Notes under the pieces: model-generated | Databases searched by the model: none | The model's input: only the letters and a program-made list of their open reading frames with translations | Told to the model about the DNA's origin: nothing | Part shown: in pieces, positions 1 through 11,249 of the stretch | Layout of the letters: each line of letters starts with the position of its first letter | How positions within the stretch are numbered: position 1 is the first letter of the stretch | Made by a program: the position numbers and the translations under genes | Assembly (NCBI GenBank): GCA_977020255.1 | Contig: CDROCS010001334.1 | Span: 248,001 to 312,000 of the forward strand | DNA: 64,000 nucleotides | Source: Obrimoposthia wandeli | Taxonomy: Eukaryota | Direction: 5' to 3'

Positions 1-267
1 TTATTTATTATGTTTACCCTCAGCCTCCGAAACAACCATACTGTTGTTATTTGACACTGTAAATGCAATATGCCTTTCATTTTCAAACTTTATAAGGCAA
101 TTAGGGAAAGGTTTTAATCTAAATTTTACATTCTTCGCGCCAATGCTGTCGTTTTAAATGTTGAATTACAATTTCTGGAAAATGAACAAATCAGTAAACC
201 ACTTATTTGTTCTGATTTGTTTATAAAGTTTAGAACCTCATAATAATTCAGTGATGTCAGATATTGA

Positions 268-525
268 CGCAAAGATAAATATCTACCATTTTACAAGTTA
301 ATGTCCCAAGTAGATTTCTGTGATGAATTCGAAACCAAATATCCATTTTTCACGTTTGTTTTAGCCCCTGACTTTGATATCACGCAAAACCAATTAGCAA
401 AACAGGGTAATTTACGCCTTGACATCAAGTTTCACAAGTCATTAACAGTCCCAACAAACGTACTGATTTACGGGATTTTTGATTCTGAGTTTGAAATAAC
501 TAAAGGCCGACGTGTGATTGTATGA
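268..525 (+). pseudogene. C-terminal fragment of Polinton major capsid protein (double jelly-roll)
   Basis: FTFVLAPD...GNLRLDIKF...VLIYGIFDSEFEITKGRRV resembles the Polinton MCP C-terminus; frame closed upstream by stops at 265-267 and 244-246. Confidence 0.65.
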
Positions 526-579
526 AGTGAGTTTTTTAATTTATGTTTTAAGATTTTATTAACAACAAGTACTGTTCAG

Positions 580-903
580 GTGAATGAAATAACTAGTTTG
601 CTGCTCGGACCGCGATTTAAGGGTGTATACCCGTTGGAAAAAATCCCAACATTAACGCCTGGGGGATATATTGTCAATACACATACCTCAAATCTTCCTG
701 GAGAACACTGGATTGCGTTATTCGTGAGACGGAATTCTGTACATGTGTATGACCCTCTTGGAGTATACTATCCGGGAAAACTTATCAAGCATGTAGAGTC
801 TCAAGGAAAACATGTATATTACAACAAAATTCGTTCTCAAAACCCACTGACTACTAATTGCGGTCCACTATGTATCTTATGGTTGTATGATCAAACTATA
901 TAA
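580..903 (+). CDS. Adenain-like (C5-type) cysteine maturation protease
   Basis: FKGVYP, IVNT...PGEHWIALF (His), YDPLG (Asp), Q...CGPLC (Cys); starts at GTG right after an acceptor-like TTCAG; AATAAA motifs follow. Confidence 0.85.
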   Translation: MNEITSLLLGPRFKGVYPLEKIPTLTPGGYIVNTHTSNLPGEHWIALFVRRNSVHVYDPLGVYYPGKLIKHVESQGKHVYYNKIRSQNPLTTNCGPLCILWLYDQTI

Positions 904-1151
904 ATGTCAAACCTTTTTATTTGTGTTGATTGGTAATAAAATTTGTATTCAAAATCGTATTTGTTTTATAAATAGCTGTCCCATCGAAATTAAATTTTTT
1001 TTTGAGTTTTGATAAATTAAAAAATAGATTTAAAATCTACTAATTAAGAGAAAATTAATGGTGTTAATTATTTTTAAAAATTTAAAGTTTAACGGTGTGA
1101 ATATCGGTTATGAAAATATTCATAATTGATTGACCGTAATTAACCTTTATG

Positions 1152-1279
1152 ATCACGTGTGTAGCAACTAGGGAATAAAGAGTCTTTATTACGCATTCCT
1201 AGTTTGTAAGTACACACGTGATGTGTGACGTGTACATCTAGGGCAGCAACTACAATTGTGATTGTGAACCATATATAAA
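1152..1279 (+). promoter_or_regulatory. Putative promoter of the Ubl/PolB gene: imperfect palindrome with two CACGTG boxes plus TATA box
   Basis: ATCACGTGTGTA (1152) ... TACACACGTGAT (1222) with nested inverted pairs; TATATAAA at 1272-1279 upstream of a 5'-UTR intron. Confidence 0.5.
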
Positions 1280-1363
1280 CAATCAGTGTAGTGTCATTTA
1301 TCAATTTCCACACAATTTCGAAAAGTAAGTATTTTTATTATTTTTATTTAATTTTTTTTTTAG

Positions 1364-2623
1364 ATGTCAAAAATTATTTTCGCGTACAATGCTAAGAAAA
1401 GATGGACGATGAAGCCTGTAGTGGCTGATGATGATGATGATGATGTCGACTTGGATGCGACACCTGTGAAGAAAAGTAATTTTGATTATTATTATTATTT
1501 TTAATTTAATTTAGCAATGCAGAGTGTCACACCACTGCCAATATCAATCGCACCATGGCTTTCAACAGAATATGATGCTCCTACTAAGAAAAGAAGCCGA
1601 AAGCAGAAAATGTCAACAACAACAACAACAATATATGATGATGATGATGAAAAGAAGAAAATGTCAAAAGTTTTTTTATCTCCTGAGAAATCTTCTCACT
1701 CTCAACTTCCTTCTTCTTCTTCATCTTCTCATTCTCATTCTCCATATGATAATCATTTATATAAACTTTTTGGGGATATAAGGGATATAAAATCTTATTC
1801 TCCCGACTGCGATAGCTGCCCGGTAACGCGGGGCAGTCTAACTCCTGGAATGGGGTCGCAGAATAAGTTAATTAAATCAAGAGGTTACCCCTTACTTTTT
1901 AAACCAGGAACACCTGTTGGGTCACCTGTTAATTCAGTAGAAAATTTCAACGTAAATGAGATATACTCGGGTTTTGAAAATATCCCGTTTAAAAAATATT
2001 TTAATCAATTAAAGAAAGTAAAAAATCAAAATATTGATTTAAGTAAACTTAAAACAGAAGGTAGGAAAGGTAAAAGATTTCGTCAGAAGCTGCGTAGATT
2101 GAGAAAACTACCAGCAGATATAACAATATTTGCAAATTTATTAGGGTCTTGCAAACCCATTAATATTAGTCCAGGTCTGAAAATTACAGATCTGGCAAAT
2201 AAATTATATGAAGTCTTTGAGACTGATCAAATTTATTTTAACCGTAATGGCATGCCCTTTGAAAGGGAAGCTATTATCGGTGATGTTTTACATGAGGGGG
2301 CTATTATCCATGTATACCCTAAACTTCGTGGAGGAAGTAACTTATGTACATTGTACAAGTATTGCACAAACGCTAATCATGGAATAGAATGTCATAGTGT
2401 AATGCTTAAATATTATAAATTTAAAAGCGGTTTTATTTGTCCACATTGTGATGTGTTATATTGTATTGACTATCAAACATTTTATAATGATCATAAGGAT
2501 CATCTGACGTATTTTAAGTCTAAAAAGTCAGCATACAAACGTAAAGTAATGAGAGTACCAACAATAGACAACAATAAAATAGCAAAAAAACTAATAATTT
2601 TACTGAAGAGTTTGATGTGGTAG
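1364..2623 (+). CDS. Spliced Polinton gene (exons 1364-1475, 1515-2623): low-complexity N-terminus, ubiquitin-like domain ending LRGG, Cys/His-rich domain
   Basis: 39-nt GT-AG intron 1476-1514 joins MSKIIFAY...PVKK in frame to the 368-aa ORF. 2120-2335 aligns by eye to ubiquitin (IF..G..I..P..I..K..DQ..G..D..IH..LRGG). Confidence 0.75.
1807..1861 (+). ncRNA. Candidate 55-nt structured RNA element, copy 1 (inside the Ubl ORF)
   Basis: CTGCGA/TCGCAG closing stem with two internal hairpins; 51/55 identical to 6710-6764; TATAAA at 1786. Confidence 0.4.
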
Positions 2624-2768
2624 ACTCGTGGGAACCGGATAGTGTTGTAGAAATTGATACTTATCCTGAAGTTGTAGAAATTATTGAGCCTTTAAGCCCT
2701 AATGAAATCTTAAATAATAATAATATTGATGAACTTATAGATCAGGACGAGTTTATAACAGAAAATGA

Positions 2769-5700
2769 TTTTTCGACTCACTCCTAACTATTACGGATGA
2801 TGACTTTGATAATATTGTTACAATTAATTCAGATAATACATTAACTTTTAACAATCAAATAGGAGGTGCAATTCAATCAAACCTTGTTTTTGATGTTAGT
2901 GGATTAAACATGCTTAAACTATACATTAACGATACTATGCTAACTGAACTTACTAGCAGTATAGATGTGTTTGGTCCCTGTAAAATACAGTTTGGTGTTG
3001 AAACCGAATTTGTCAATAACGAGGGTCAACATAAAACATGGCATGTAAGCTGTAAAGCAAATATTTTTGAACAAGATTTTATCACTACAAGAACAGTTGA
3101 GCTCAACAATAAAATTGAAATTTATAAGGATATGAGTTCGGGATGGTCAGTATTTAAAATTCTGTTGGTATCCTTTAAATTTACCGCACTTTCAAACGTA
3201 GCAGGATCATCATTTATAAAAACCCCGGTTGCGCTTGCTAAAACACTATCTATAGTGAACGTAAATAATACTGATGATCAGTGTTTTAAATACGCTGTTC
3301 TCAGTATCCTACACTATAAAGATTTCAATCGAAACAGACAAAGAGTTGAAAACTATAATGATTATTTAAATGAACTTATATGTGAGCCTGGTCCTATGAG
3401 GATAGACGGTATCAAGGCGTTTGAAAAACTCAATAATATAGCGATAACAGTATTCTCCTATAAACCTACAAAGGTAGAGCCTCATAGTAGTCATCTAGTG
3501 TTTAAAAACCCAGATGTTAATGTTATTTATAGAACGAGTCTTAAACAGTGCAAAAAAGTAGTAAACTTGTTGCTGTTGGAACAGAGCGGTAATTATCACT
3601 ATACAGGGATTACAAACCTGAATAGACTTTTAAATACTCAAAAATATAATGTGCGTCTCTTTTGGTGTGAGAAATGTCTTTTTGGATTTCGAACCACGAT
3701 TTCATATGACAAACACAGGGCACATTGTAATATTAATACAGATTTAACAACCTTGTTTACAATGCCTAAAGAGATCAAGTGTCAATTTTCCGACTGGTCT
3801 AAATCTATTGTGCCACCATTTGTTGTATATGCCGACTTTGAGTCAATACTCGAGCCACATAATACTTTCAAACACCGATATTCATAAACCGATATCTATA
3901 GGGATGATTTTGAAAAACAACACTAATAATTCAATACAATATTTCAGTTATTACGGTCTGCAGTGTGCTAAAAACTTTGTAGATAAATTAACTGAGTTGA
4001 TAAATGGTGAAGTGGCAGATTTTTGGGTAAATAGTATTAATGTTCCTATGGTTTTTACTAATAATGACATGTTAAACTTTAGAGATTGCACTAATTGCTA
4101 TCTTTGTAAAAAATTAAACGATCGTATGGTTAGAGATCATGATCATATCACGGGTAAATACTTGGGTGCGGCATGCAACAAATGCAATTTAAGTCGCAAG
4201 TTTGCAAAGAGACCGGTTTTACCTGTGGTGTTTCATAACCTTATGGGTTATGATATACATCATATTTTAAAATATGCCGACTTGAAAGGTAAATCCTTTT
4301 CAATTATCCCTAAATCAAGTGAAAAGTTCATGTCCCTCCGTATAGAGATGAAGAGGGGGACATTGAAATTCATTGATTCATACCTTTTTACAACGTCAAG
4401 TCTTGAATCCTTAGTTTCATACTTGCCAAGTTGCCCTTATACTACACAATACCTAAACCCTAATATTGCAACAAGTAAGGCGGTATTTCCATATGAATAT
4501 ATTAGTGGTGTTGATAGGCTTATGGAGACGCAGTTACCCGCTAAATCTGAGTTTCCTTCTCGAGTCACTGATCAACAATATAATGAAGCCCTAATGATGT
4601 GGACCGTATTAGGGTGTAATACTATTAAAGACTACATGCTTGAGTATATGAAACTTGACGTGTATCTCTTATGTGATGTTTTTGAGGCCTTTAGACAGAA
4701 AGTAAGGGATGATGATAATCTAGAGGCGCTCAATTTCTTTAGTATCCCTGGTCTCAGTTGGGCTAGCGCATTAAAAACATTAGAGTATGATGTGGATTTA
4801 TTGCATGATCCCGAAATGTATAACATGTTTGAGACAGGGATACGGGGAGGGATGACTTTCATCAATAAACATTACGTTAAAACAACAGATGAAACATTCC
4901 TCCTATATATTGACATAAATAACTTATATGGCTGGGCCTTGAGTCAACCGTTACCACATACAGATTTTACATGGGTATATGACGGTTTTGAAGCGATAAT
5001 TGAGCTTATAACTGAGAGGGATATTCACGGTAATATGCAGGACTTGAGTCTTAAAGAACATGGATACTTGTTGGAAATTGATTTAGGCATACCCATCAGT
5101 ATTCATGATAAACTTGATGACTTACCGATTGCGCCTAATAGAGAAATCCCTCCCGGCTCAAAAGCTATTGATGACCCATGAGGATAAAAATAATTACATC
5201 ATACACTCACAACTATTACAATTTTACTTGTTTCTGGGTGCAGAAATTAAACAAGTGCATAGAGCAATAAAGTTTCATCAAGCTCCTATATTTAAAACAT
5301 ATATTGATATCAATAGCCGGAAACGGGCAGAGGGTACTACTACATTTGATAAAGAGTTTTATAAACTCAAAAATAATTCAATATATGGTAAGACAGTGGA
5401 AAATCTTAAAAAGCGTAAAGATATCCGTCTTACCAAGAATGATCGTCAGTTTACTAAACTTGTTTCAAGCCCTTGGTTTAAGAAGCATACCCAAATAACC
5501 GACAATCTCAATCTTTTATTTATGCAAAAGAAAGAAATTTGTCTGGATCGCCCATCATATATTGGTCAAGCTGTGTTGGACTTATCTAAACTACGTATGT
5601 ACCAACTACAGTATAGTGATCTTGACCGGTATCGTAAGCAATATCATTGTGATATCAACATAGTTGCAATGGATACAGACTCGTTTTTCTTAGAGTGTAA

Positions 5701-6130
5701 GCATATAGATAAAGATGTCCTCTTAAAACAAATGATTAAAGATCAGATGTTAGATACGAGTAATTACCCGATCACACATGAGTTATTTAACGATTCTCTT
5801 CGAAATGTGATTGGAAAGTTTAAAGATGAAAGCAAGGGGACAGTGCTTTATGATGAATGGGTATTTCTGAAACCTAAATGCTACTCATTGAAAACGAGTA
5901 TGAGGGCTAAGGGTATCTCCCTTAAACAAACCGAAATCAGACATGAGCATTACATAAAGTGTTATGTTGATGATGAAATTATAACTGCCGGTCAGACACG
6001 TATTTTATCTCGCAATCATCAATTATTTACAATGTATAATGATAAAATTGCGTTAAGGTGTTATGACGATAAAAGGGTTTGGCTTGAGAAAAACAAATCC
6101 GTCGCATATGGACACTATAGTCTAAGATAG
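2769..6130 (+). CDS. polB: Protein-primed family B DNA polymerase, frameshifted at ~3866 and ~5161
   Basis: Exo I YADFES, Exo II FHNLMGYD, Exo III YMKLDV, Pol A YIDINNLYG, Pol B KLKNNSIYGK, Pol C DTDS; EndoVII-like CYLC..RDHDHITGKY.GAAC..CNL; N-terminal SGW..GSSFI..N.DDQCF region. Frame is open from 2769. Confidence 0.93.
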
Positions 6131-6410
6131 GTGTATATAAAATCTGGGGTAACCTCTTGAAAGTATTAACTAATATCCTCTTATTTTTAATGTGATAGTA
6201 TGTATCTTTTTAAATGCAATAGTATGTATATATTTTTAATGCTATAGTATGTATATATTTTTATTGATGTTTATTTTTAATACATTGTATGTATCATAAC
6301 CATGTCTTGACTTCCTACTAGCTACTCATTGGATAATTTCATTGGATAATTTTAACAAATTCTCTATAAATATAAACACATTTCAATCAACCAATTTCTC
6401 ATTATTTCAA

Positions 6411-6650
6411 ATGACTACTTCTAAAGAAAAATTGCAAGCTCTCTATGATAACCTGAGTCCTACCTTGATGACTCAGTATACTGAAAAGTACTTTAGTTTA
6501 TTTGTTGCACCAGAACTTTTTGTCTCAAGGATTGAAGAACTTTATATGTATCACCTGTTTAATGGAGACTTTAAACCTAAAGTTGCAACAATCATTAAAA
6601 TAGAAGAAAAAGAAAGCATGGATTGTGACAATGAATATAATTATGTATAA
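6411..6650 (+). CDS. Small Polinton orphan protein (79 aa, MTTSKEKLQ...)
   Basis: ATG at 6411 about 45 nt after TATAAATATAAA; coding-like composition; no recognised motif. Confidence 0.45.
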   Translation: MTTSKEKLQALYDNLSPTLMTQYTEKYFSLFVAPELFVSRIEELYMYHLFNGDFKPKVATIIKIEEKESMDCDNEYNYV

Positions 6651-6709
6651 ACATAGACTTTTTTTTTACTAAACTCCTACTATAAACAATAACGTTTCTT
6701 ATGATAAAA

Positions 6710-6764
6710 CTGCGATAGCTGTCCGGTTATGCGGGGCAGTCTAACTCCTGGAATGAGGTCGCAG
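6710..6764 (+). ncRNA. Candidate 55-nt structured RNA element, copy 2 (intergenic)
   Basis: Same fold; the four differences fall in a loop or keep pairing through G-U; TATAAA at 6681, AATAAA near 6788. Confidence 0.45.
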
Positions 6765-7030
6765 TACTAAGTAAATTAAATAGTTGCAAATAAAATTTGG
6801 GACGGTCAATTGTGTTTAATTTCAAAATTTTAATTTTTAATTTTCATATTTAATTTTCATATTTAATTTACGAATTAAAATTTTAATTTTTTAATTTTCA
6901 TATTTAATTTGAATTAAAATTTTTTAATTTCCATATTTAATTTTTAAATTTTTGAACTATATACTTAATGTTACAAAATATTAACCTACATAATCGTAAG
7001 TGACGCATAAGACCAAACAAATTTCGAGAC

Positions 7031-7208
7031 GTAAAGTGTCGGTTCTAAAACAATAGCACACAAAGCCCCCCCCCCCCCCGAACAAGGCACAAGGCACAAG
7101 GAACAAAGCACATCTGTATGACTAAACAAATTTCAGATGTGCTTTGTTCCTTGTGCCTTGTTTGGGGGGGGGGCTTTGTGTGCTATTGTTTTAGAACCGA
7201 CACTTTAC
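7031..7208. repeat. Long inverted repeat (86/75-bp arms, 17-nt spacer) with C-run and G-run
   Basis: 7031-7116 is the reverse complement of 7134-7208 except for one extra AGGCACA unit and homopolymer length. Confidence 0.92.
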
Positions 7209-7417
7209 ACTTCTAATATAGAATCACCACTGGGGTCAACAGTTAACCAACGAGACGGTAATCTACGCCCTGATACATTCATAGGATTATCGTCGACGTA
7301 GATTAATTCCGGCTTGGTTTTGCTTATTTCTAGTCTTGGTTTTACCAGATTAGAGAGATGTGTCCCCTTCCGGCCACCCCCCCCCCTAGCGAAAACCGAT
7401 AATTTTTTTTTTGGGCG

Positions 7418-7917
7418 GTCACTTTATACTATAATACGGCTGTTATTAGGTGATTTTGGTCTAAATTTATATGTTTTTGTTTAAACACATCAATTTTTAT
7501 GCCCACAAATTTAAAAACATACTACAACACGTATATTTTTCAAGATAATTATTAATGAAGGTCACATTTTGTTATAATACACATGATTTTGAGGGTTAAA
7601 TTCATATTTATGTCACTTTATACTATAATACGGCTGTTATTAGGTGATTTTGGTTTAAATTTATATTTTTTTGTTTAAACACATCAATTTTTATGCCCAC
7701 AAATTTAAAAACATACTACAACACGTATATTTTTCAAGATAATTATTAATGAAGGTCACATTTTGTTATAATACACATGATTTTAAGGGTTAAATTCATA
7801 TTTATATCACTTTATACTATAATACTTCTGTTTTTAGCGGATTTTACTCTAAAATAAGATGTTTTTGTTTAAACACATCAATTTTTATGCCCGCAAATTT
7901 CAAAACATACTATAACA
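7418..7917 (+). repeat. Tandem repeat, 194-bp unit x ~2.6
   Basis: (G/A)TCACTTTATACTATAATAC recurs at 7418, 7612 and 7806. Confidence 0.9.
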
Positions 7918-8172
7918 CTAGAACTCAATCACTTGATATTAATCAAAATGTGTTAATCTTTATTAAATCCAGAACTCAATAACTCGACTTTAGTCAAAAT
8001 ATGTTAATCCATATTAATTCTAGAACTCAATCACTCAATATTAATCAAAATATGTTATTCTTTATTAATTACAGGACTCAATCACTCGATTAAAATTCAA
8101 ATATGTTAATCCATATTAATTTCAGAATTCAATCATTCGATTGAAAATCAAAATATGTTAATCCATATTAAT
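7918..8172 (+). repeat. Diverged ~51-bp tandem repeat x5
   Basis: GAACTCAATCAC...AAAATATGTTAATC recurs five times. Confidence 0.75.
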
Positions 8173-8189
8173 TCCCCGCAGTGACTTGA

Positions 8190-8752
8190 TGATCTTCAGA
8201 TTGTTCTTTCTTCGATGAAGTTATTTTGACTCAATAACAAGCTCCAAGACTGAATTTGGATTGGACCTATGAGTCTATGAATCTCGAGTCCGGAACTGGT
8301 GTCTATACGCCGAAGATTCTCTTTTTGATGGACTTTAGGCTTCCTGTCTTTGTTGATTATTCTATCAATGTGTTCTCGGACAGGTTTCCGTATACTGACA
8401 TCATTGAATTCTATATAAGTGATATGATTGAATGCTTTTAAAAACATATATTTTCTGAGTTAGGGCTAATATGATAGAGGAAATTGAGGATTAGGGTTAG
8501 GTTTAGGGAAACATATTATAGAGAAAAAATCGGGTTACGGTACTAAATTATTGAGATTAGGGGAAAGAGGTGAGTATATTATGGAAATAACTTAGAGTCA
8601 TTTGTAATAAACGAGTGAACAACTTTGACTAACATGAAATCTATTATTCTTTTCAATATACGGATCAATAAATAAGTTATTGAAAGTGGGTCATTCCACG
8701 GTCATTCCAGCTATACAATATTCATACTTTTCATGATTATATGGAGAAATTA
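8190..8752. repeat. ~565-bp direct repeat, copy A
   Basis: Near-identical to 9471-10036; carries overlapping 61-aa (+) and 83-aa (-) ORFs. Confidence 0.92.
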
Positions 8753-9470
8753 GGGTTGGGTTAACAGGATCAAAATCCGATACTGACAGATATGGCTCAA
8801 TTTCTCGGATATTTTTGGAACCTGATATATTCTAATATTTTTCATTTTAATATAATTTTAATAAAATAATCACCTTTTCTTATCTTATTCGTGTACAAAT
8901 ACTTATTTTAATACTCATTTCATGCTTCAATCAAGGTCTCATTGAGCTCAAATAATATTCTTAATTATGACTTTTAATCGAATGATTTAGTTCGGATTTC
9001 TTATAGATTAATATATTTAGTCCCGGGGAACAAGCATTTACTATTGTATTTACTATAAATAAAACAATTTACTTGGATATTTTAATAATGTTTAATAACG
9101 ATGATGTTGATGATGATAGTGCAAGCACAATTATTGCTTCAGGGAGTCACATGTATGTGAAAATGGAGTATAATAGAGGTAATCATAAAGAAAATATAGA
9201 CTCAAACATTAACTTCCCCAACAAGAATGTCATCTAACTCCACTCCATTTCAAGACCAGGTGAATACTCAATAAATCCGTCTTCTATATTAGTTGTTGTC
9301 GATTTCATAATTCTCATAATAATCTCTTTTGATCATATAGTTGATGTGAATTTAGTCACGTTGACTTCCTTTTATGTTGTTGTTGTTGTCATCGTCACTG
9401 TCCGTGTTGAGTGTATATTGATGTAGATAAATTCGTCAGGCAAGTCTTCCATCTCGTCAACAAAATATGC

Positions 9471-10036
9471 TGATCTTCAGATTGTTCTTTCTTCGATGAA
9501 GTTATTTTGACTCAATAACAAGCTCCAAGACTGAATTTGGGTTGGACCTATGAGTCTATGAATCTCGAGTCCGGAACTGGTGTCTATACGCCGAAGATTC
9601 TCTTTTTGATGGACTTTAGGCTTCCTGTCTTTGTTGATTATTCTATCAATGTGTTCTCGGACAGGTTTCCGTATACTGACATCATTGAATTCTATATAAG
9701 TGATATGATTGAATGCTTTTAAAAACATATATTTTCTGAGTTAGGGTTAATATGATAGAGGAAATTGAGGATTAGGGAATTTAGGTTTAGGGAAACATAT
9801 TATAGAGAAAAAATCGGGTTACGGTACTAAATTATTGAGATTAGGGGAAAGAGGTGAGTATATTATGGAAATAACTTAGAGTCATTCGTAATAAAGGAGT
9901 GAACAACTTTGACTAACATGAAATCTATTATTCTTTTCAATATACGGATCAATAAATAAGTTATTGAAAGTGGGTCATTCCATGGTCATTCCAGCTATAC
10001 AATATTCATACTTTTCATGATTATATGGAGAAATTA
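9471..10036. repeat. ~565-bp direct repeat, copy B
   Basis: Near-identical to 8190-8752. Confidence 0.92.
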
Positions 10037-10305
10037 TATGAATACATTTGATGAGTGAATTAGGGTTTGGGGGAACATAGTATGGAAATATGTTAGAGAT
10101 AATTAGGGTTTGGGGGAAGATATTTCTTCTTCAACAGAATCCTCTTCTCTGGAATCAGTCTCTTCTCCAGAATCAGTCTCTTCACCGACACTAGTCTCTT
10201 CTCTAGAATAAGTCTCCGACACTAGTCTCTGACACCAGAGCTCATCCAGGACCCATAAATGTAGTGAGATAACCAATCAGATACTAGGTTTGATATAAAC
10301 TAAAG

Positions 10306-10833
10306 ATGTTTAGTCATATATCAACGATGACAAATATTAAAATCTCCAAGAACATCCCTGAAAAAGCTGCTCCAACATTAGCAAGAAACAAGAAGAATAT
10401 TAGCAAACAACTATTTCCTGATGTATCGAATATTAACTTGAAACCGGAAATTGTATTGAAGGAACTAGAGAAACCCGAATATCAACCAAGTTATCAATAT
10501 TTGGGATGGGAGATGAATTTTCTCAAGAGTCCAGTAATATATCTATTATCCGATTCTGTCAAGTTATCAAAGTCAAAATTCGATTATATAATCAATGATA
10601 TTAGTGAACAAGATATTGAACAACTCAATCATATCTTACATGAATCAGGTACTGGGTATAAGATCCATACTAATTCAATGATGATGCGAGCAGATGAAAG
10701 GATTTTTACTGAATACTATAAAGCTAACCAAGAAAAATGGTATATCTCAATTTCAATTCAAGGATACAAGATAAAACGAGATGGATGTTTAAAACCAATT
10801 TGGAAATTTACAGAAGGAACTATTATGTCGTAA
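10306..10833 (+). CDS. Orphan protein (175 aa), homologous to 24416-24820
   Basis: Uninterrupted ORF, TATAAA just upstream, AATAAA just after the stop; shares YQP..Y.G..M.FLK and I.IQGYKI...G...PIWK with the second ORF. Confidence 0.7.
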   Translation: MFSHISTMTNIKISKNIPEKAAPTLARNKKNISKQLFPDVSNINLKPEIVLKELEKPEYQPSYQYLGWEMNFLKSPVIYLLSDSVKLSKSKFDYIINDISEQDIEQLNHILHESGTGYKIHTNSMMMRADERIFTEYYKANQEKWYISISIQGYKIKRDGCLKPIWKFTEGTIMS

Positions 10834-11249
10834 AATAATAAAATTTATATTCTGTCACATATTTTTAATGCTTCAGGGATAGATGGTCTTTATTAATTTA
10901 GGGATTTAAAGTGATTGACCAATCAGATGAGGGTATATTCAAGTGAATATTCAAACAGGTTCGGGGAAATATGAACAATGACGAAAAATATCAAACTCTG
11001 CTTCTTCAATTGCTTTCGAGCAACTCGACGATTGAAACCATTATACTTTGTCTCAATATGATGATGATAAGGTTTCTTATATTTCCCATTAACCCTAACA
11101 TATATTCCCCCCTCACCTTAAAATACAGATAAAACATCGATATCCAAAAGAGATGAGTTTTCACGGTCAAATCTGGGAATTCGACCTATCAGTTTTTATA
11201 AAATATCCCATAAAGTTGCTCTATAAATGATATTTCCCCTAATTGAATC

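Noticed and set aside
522-579. ATG at 522 spliced (527-579) onto the protease
   Set aside because: The splice signals look good, but the product reads ATG AAG TGA; the true protease start remains unresolved.
1826-1865. AGQSN esterase motif in an alternative frame of the 55-nt repeat
   Set aside because: The frame closes within a few codons in copy 1; base-pairing explains the conservation better.
4632-5498. ORFs 4632-4865 (-) and 5304-5498 (+) as genes
   Set aside because: Shadow frames of polB.
7418-8172. Regular repeats as a CRISPR array (also 16030-16820, 24130-24320, 33744-34440)
   Set aside because: Units are contiguous with no unique spacers, there are no cas genes, and the context is eukaryotic.
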